IMG/VR virus record: IMGVR_UViG_3300020433_000039
Coordinates: 1-26,541 of that record
DNA from: a virus
Taxonomy: Duplodnaviria > Caudoviricetes
Reading direction: 5' to 3' (one strand)
Length of the DNA stretch: 26,541 bases
Position 1 is the stretch's first letter. The number at the start of each line of letters is the position of its first letter. Made by a program: the position numbers and the translations under genes. The notes beneath the pieces are model-generated. The model saw only the letters and a program-made list of their open reading frames with translations, was not told where the DNA came from and ran no database searches. Shown here piece after piece: positions 26,087 to 26,541 of this stretch.

Positions 26087-26541
26087 ATGGATACACATAA
26101 GAAGACTTTATTACATTTACTAAAAGAAAGAGCCTACAAATATGGTCAGTTTACTTTATCATCTGGTAAAGAGACTGAGCATTATATTAACTGTAAACCT
26201 GTCACACTATCGTGTGAGGGTAATGCTTTATTGTCTCATTTAATGATAAAAGAGATAGAGGATGATGCAGTTGCAGTAGGAGGATTGACACTTGGTGCGG
26301 ATCCTCTAGTGTGTGGTGTTGCACAAAGAGCATACTACTCAGGACACAGACATGTAGATGCACTCATTGTGAGGAGAAATCCAAAAGATCACGGAACTAA
26401 GGAAGTAATCGAGGGTAACAAACCACCTAAAGGTTCTATCGTTACAGTATTGGAAGATGTAACTACAACAGGCAGTAGTGCAATCAAGGCAGTCAACGTG
26501 CTACGTGACGCAGGATATACTGTCAATCGTGTAGTTACTAT
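26087..26541 (+). CDS. pyrE: Orotate phosphoribosyltransferase (partial, runs off the window; absent from the ORF track)
   Basis: Translates as MDTHKKTLLHLLKERAYKYGQFTLSSGKETEHYINCK...VGGLTLGADPL...RRNPKDHGT...IEG...VTVLEDVTTTGSS, including the PRPP-binding loop. Confidence 0.95.
   Translation, partial: MDTHKKTLLHLLKERAYKYGQFTLSSGKETEHYINCKPVTLSCEGNALLSHLMIKEIEDDAVAVGGLTLGADPLVCGVAQRAYYSGHRHVDALIVRRNPKDHGTKEVIEGNKPPKGSIVTVLEDVTTTGSSAIKAVNVLRDAGYTVNRVVT

Noticed and set aside
1-26541. tRNA, rRNA, intron, intein, homing endonuclease or mobile element
   Set aside because: Intergenic gaps are too short and no such motifs were recognised by eye. A covariance or HMM scan was not possible. The gp4 nuclease is a core virion-completion gene, not a mobile endonuclease.

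Overview
AT-rich segment of a T4-like marine cyanomyovirus genome, most likely a Prochlorococcus/Synechococcus phage. This is inferred from the T4-type structural genes, NATAAATA late promoters and the cyanophage-type accessory genes cpeT and pyrE. Left to right, the window holds: (1) the 3' end of gp32 and a bidirectional terminator; (2) a minus-strand block gp4-gp2-gp48-gp53; (3) a plus-strand baseplate-hub/tail block: tube-fold protein, gp26, gp51, two tape-measure-like proteins (one with an M15 Zn-peptidase), a gp27-like hub, and gp5 split into two genes; (4) a sigma70-promoter island encoding an acyl carrier protein and CpeT; (5) a late tail-fibre module ending in a glycine-rich gp38-like adhesin, followed by four unknown genes including a diverged paralog pair; (6) a sigma70-driven hypothetical gene and the 5' part of pyrE. 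The strongest unexplained signal is a candidate -1 ribosomal frameshift cassette (T TTT TTC, 5-nt spacer, GC hairpin) that would fuse gp26 to gp51. It sits in the same tube-gene/chaperone/tape-measure position as the lambda G/GT frameshift. All family calls come from motif recognition and synteny, not from database searches.
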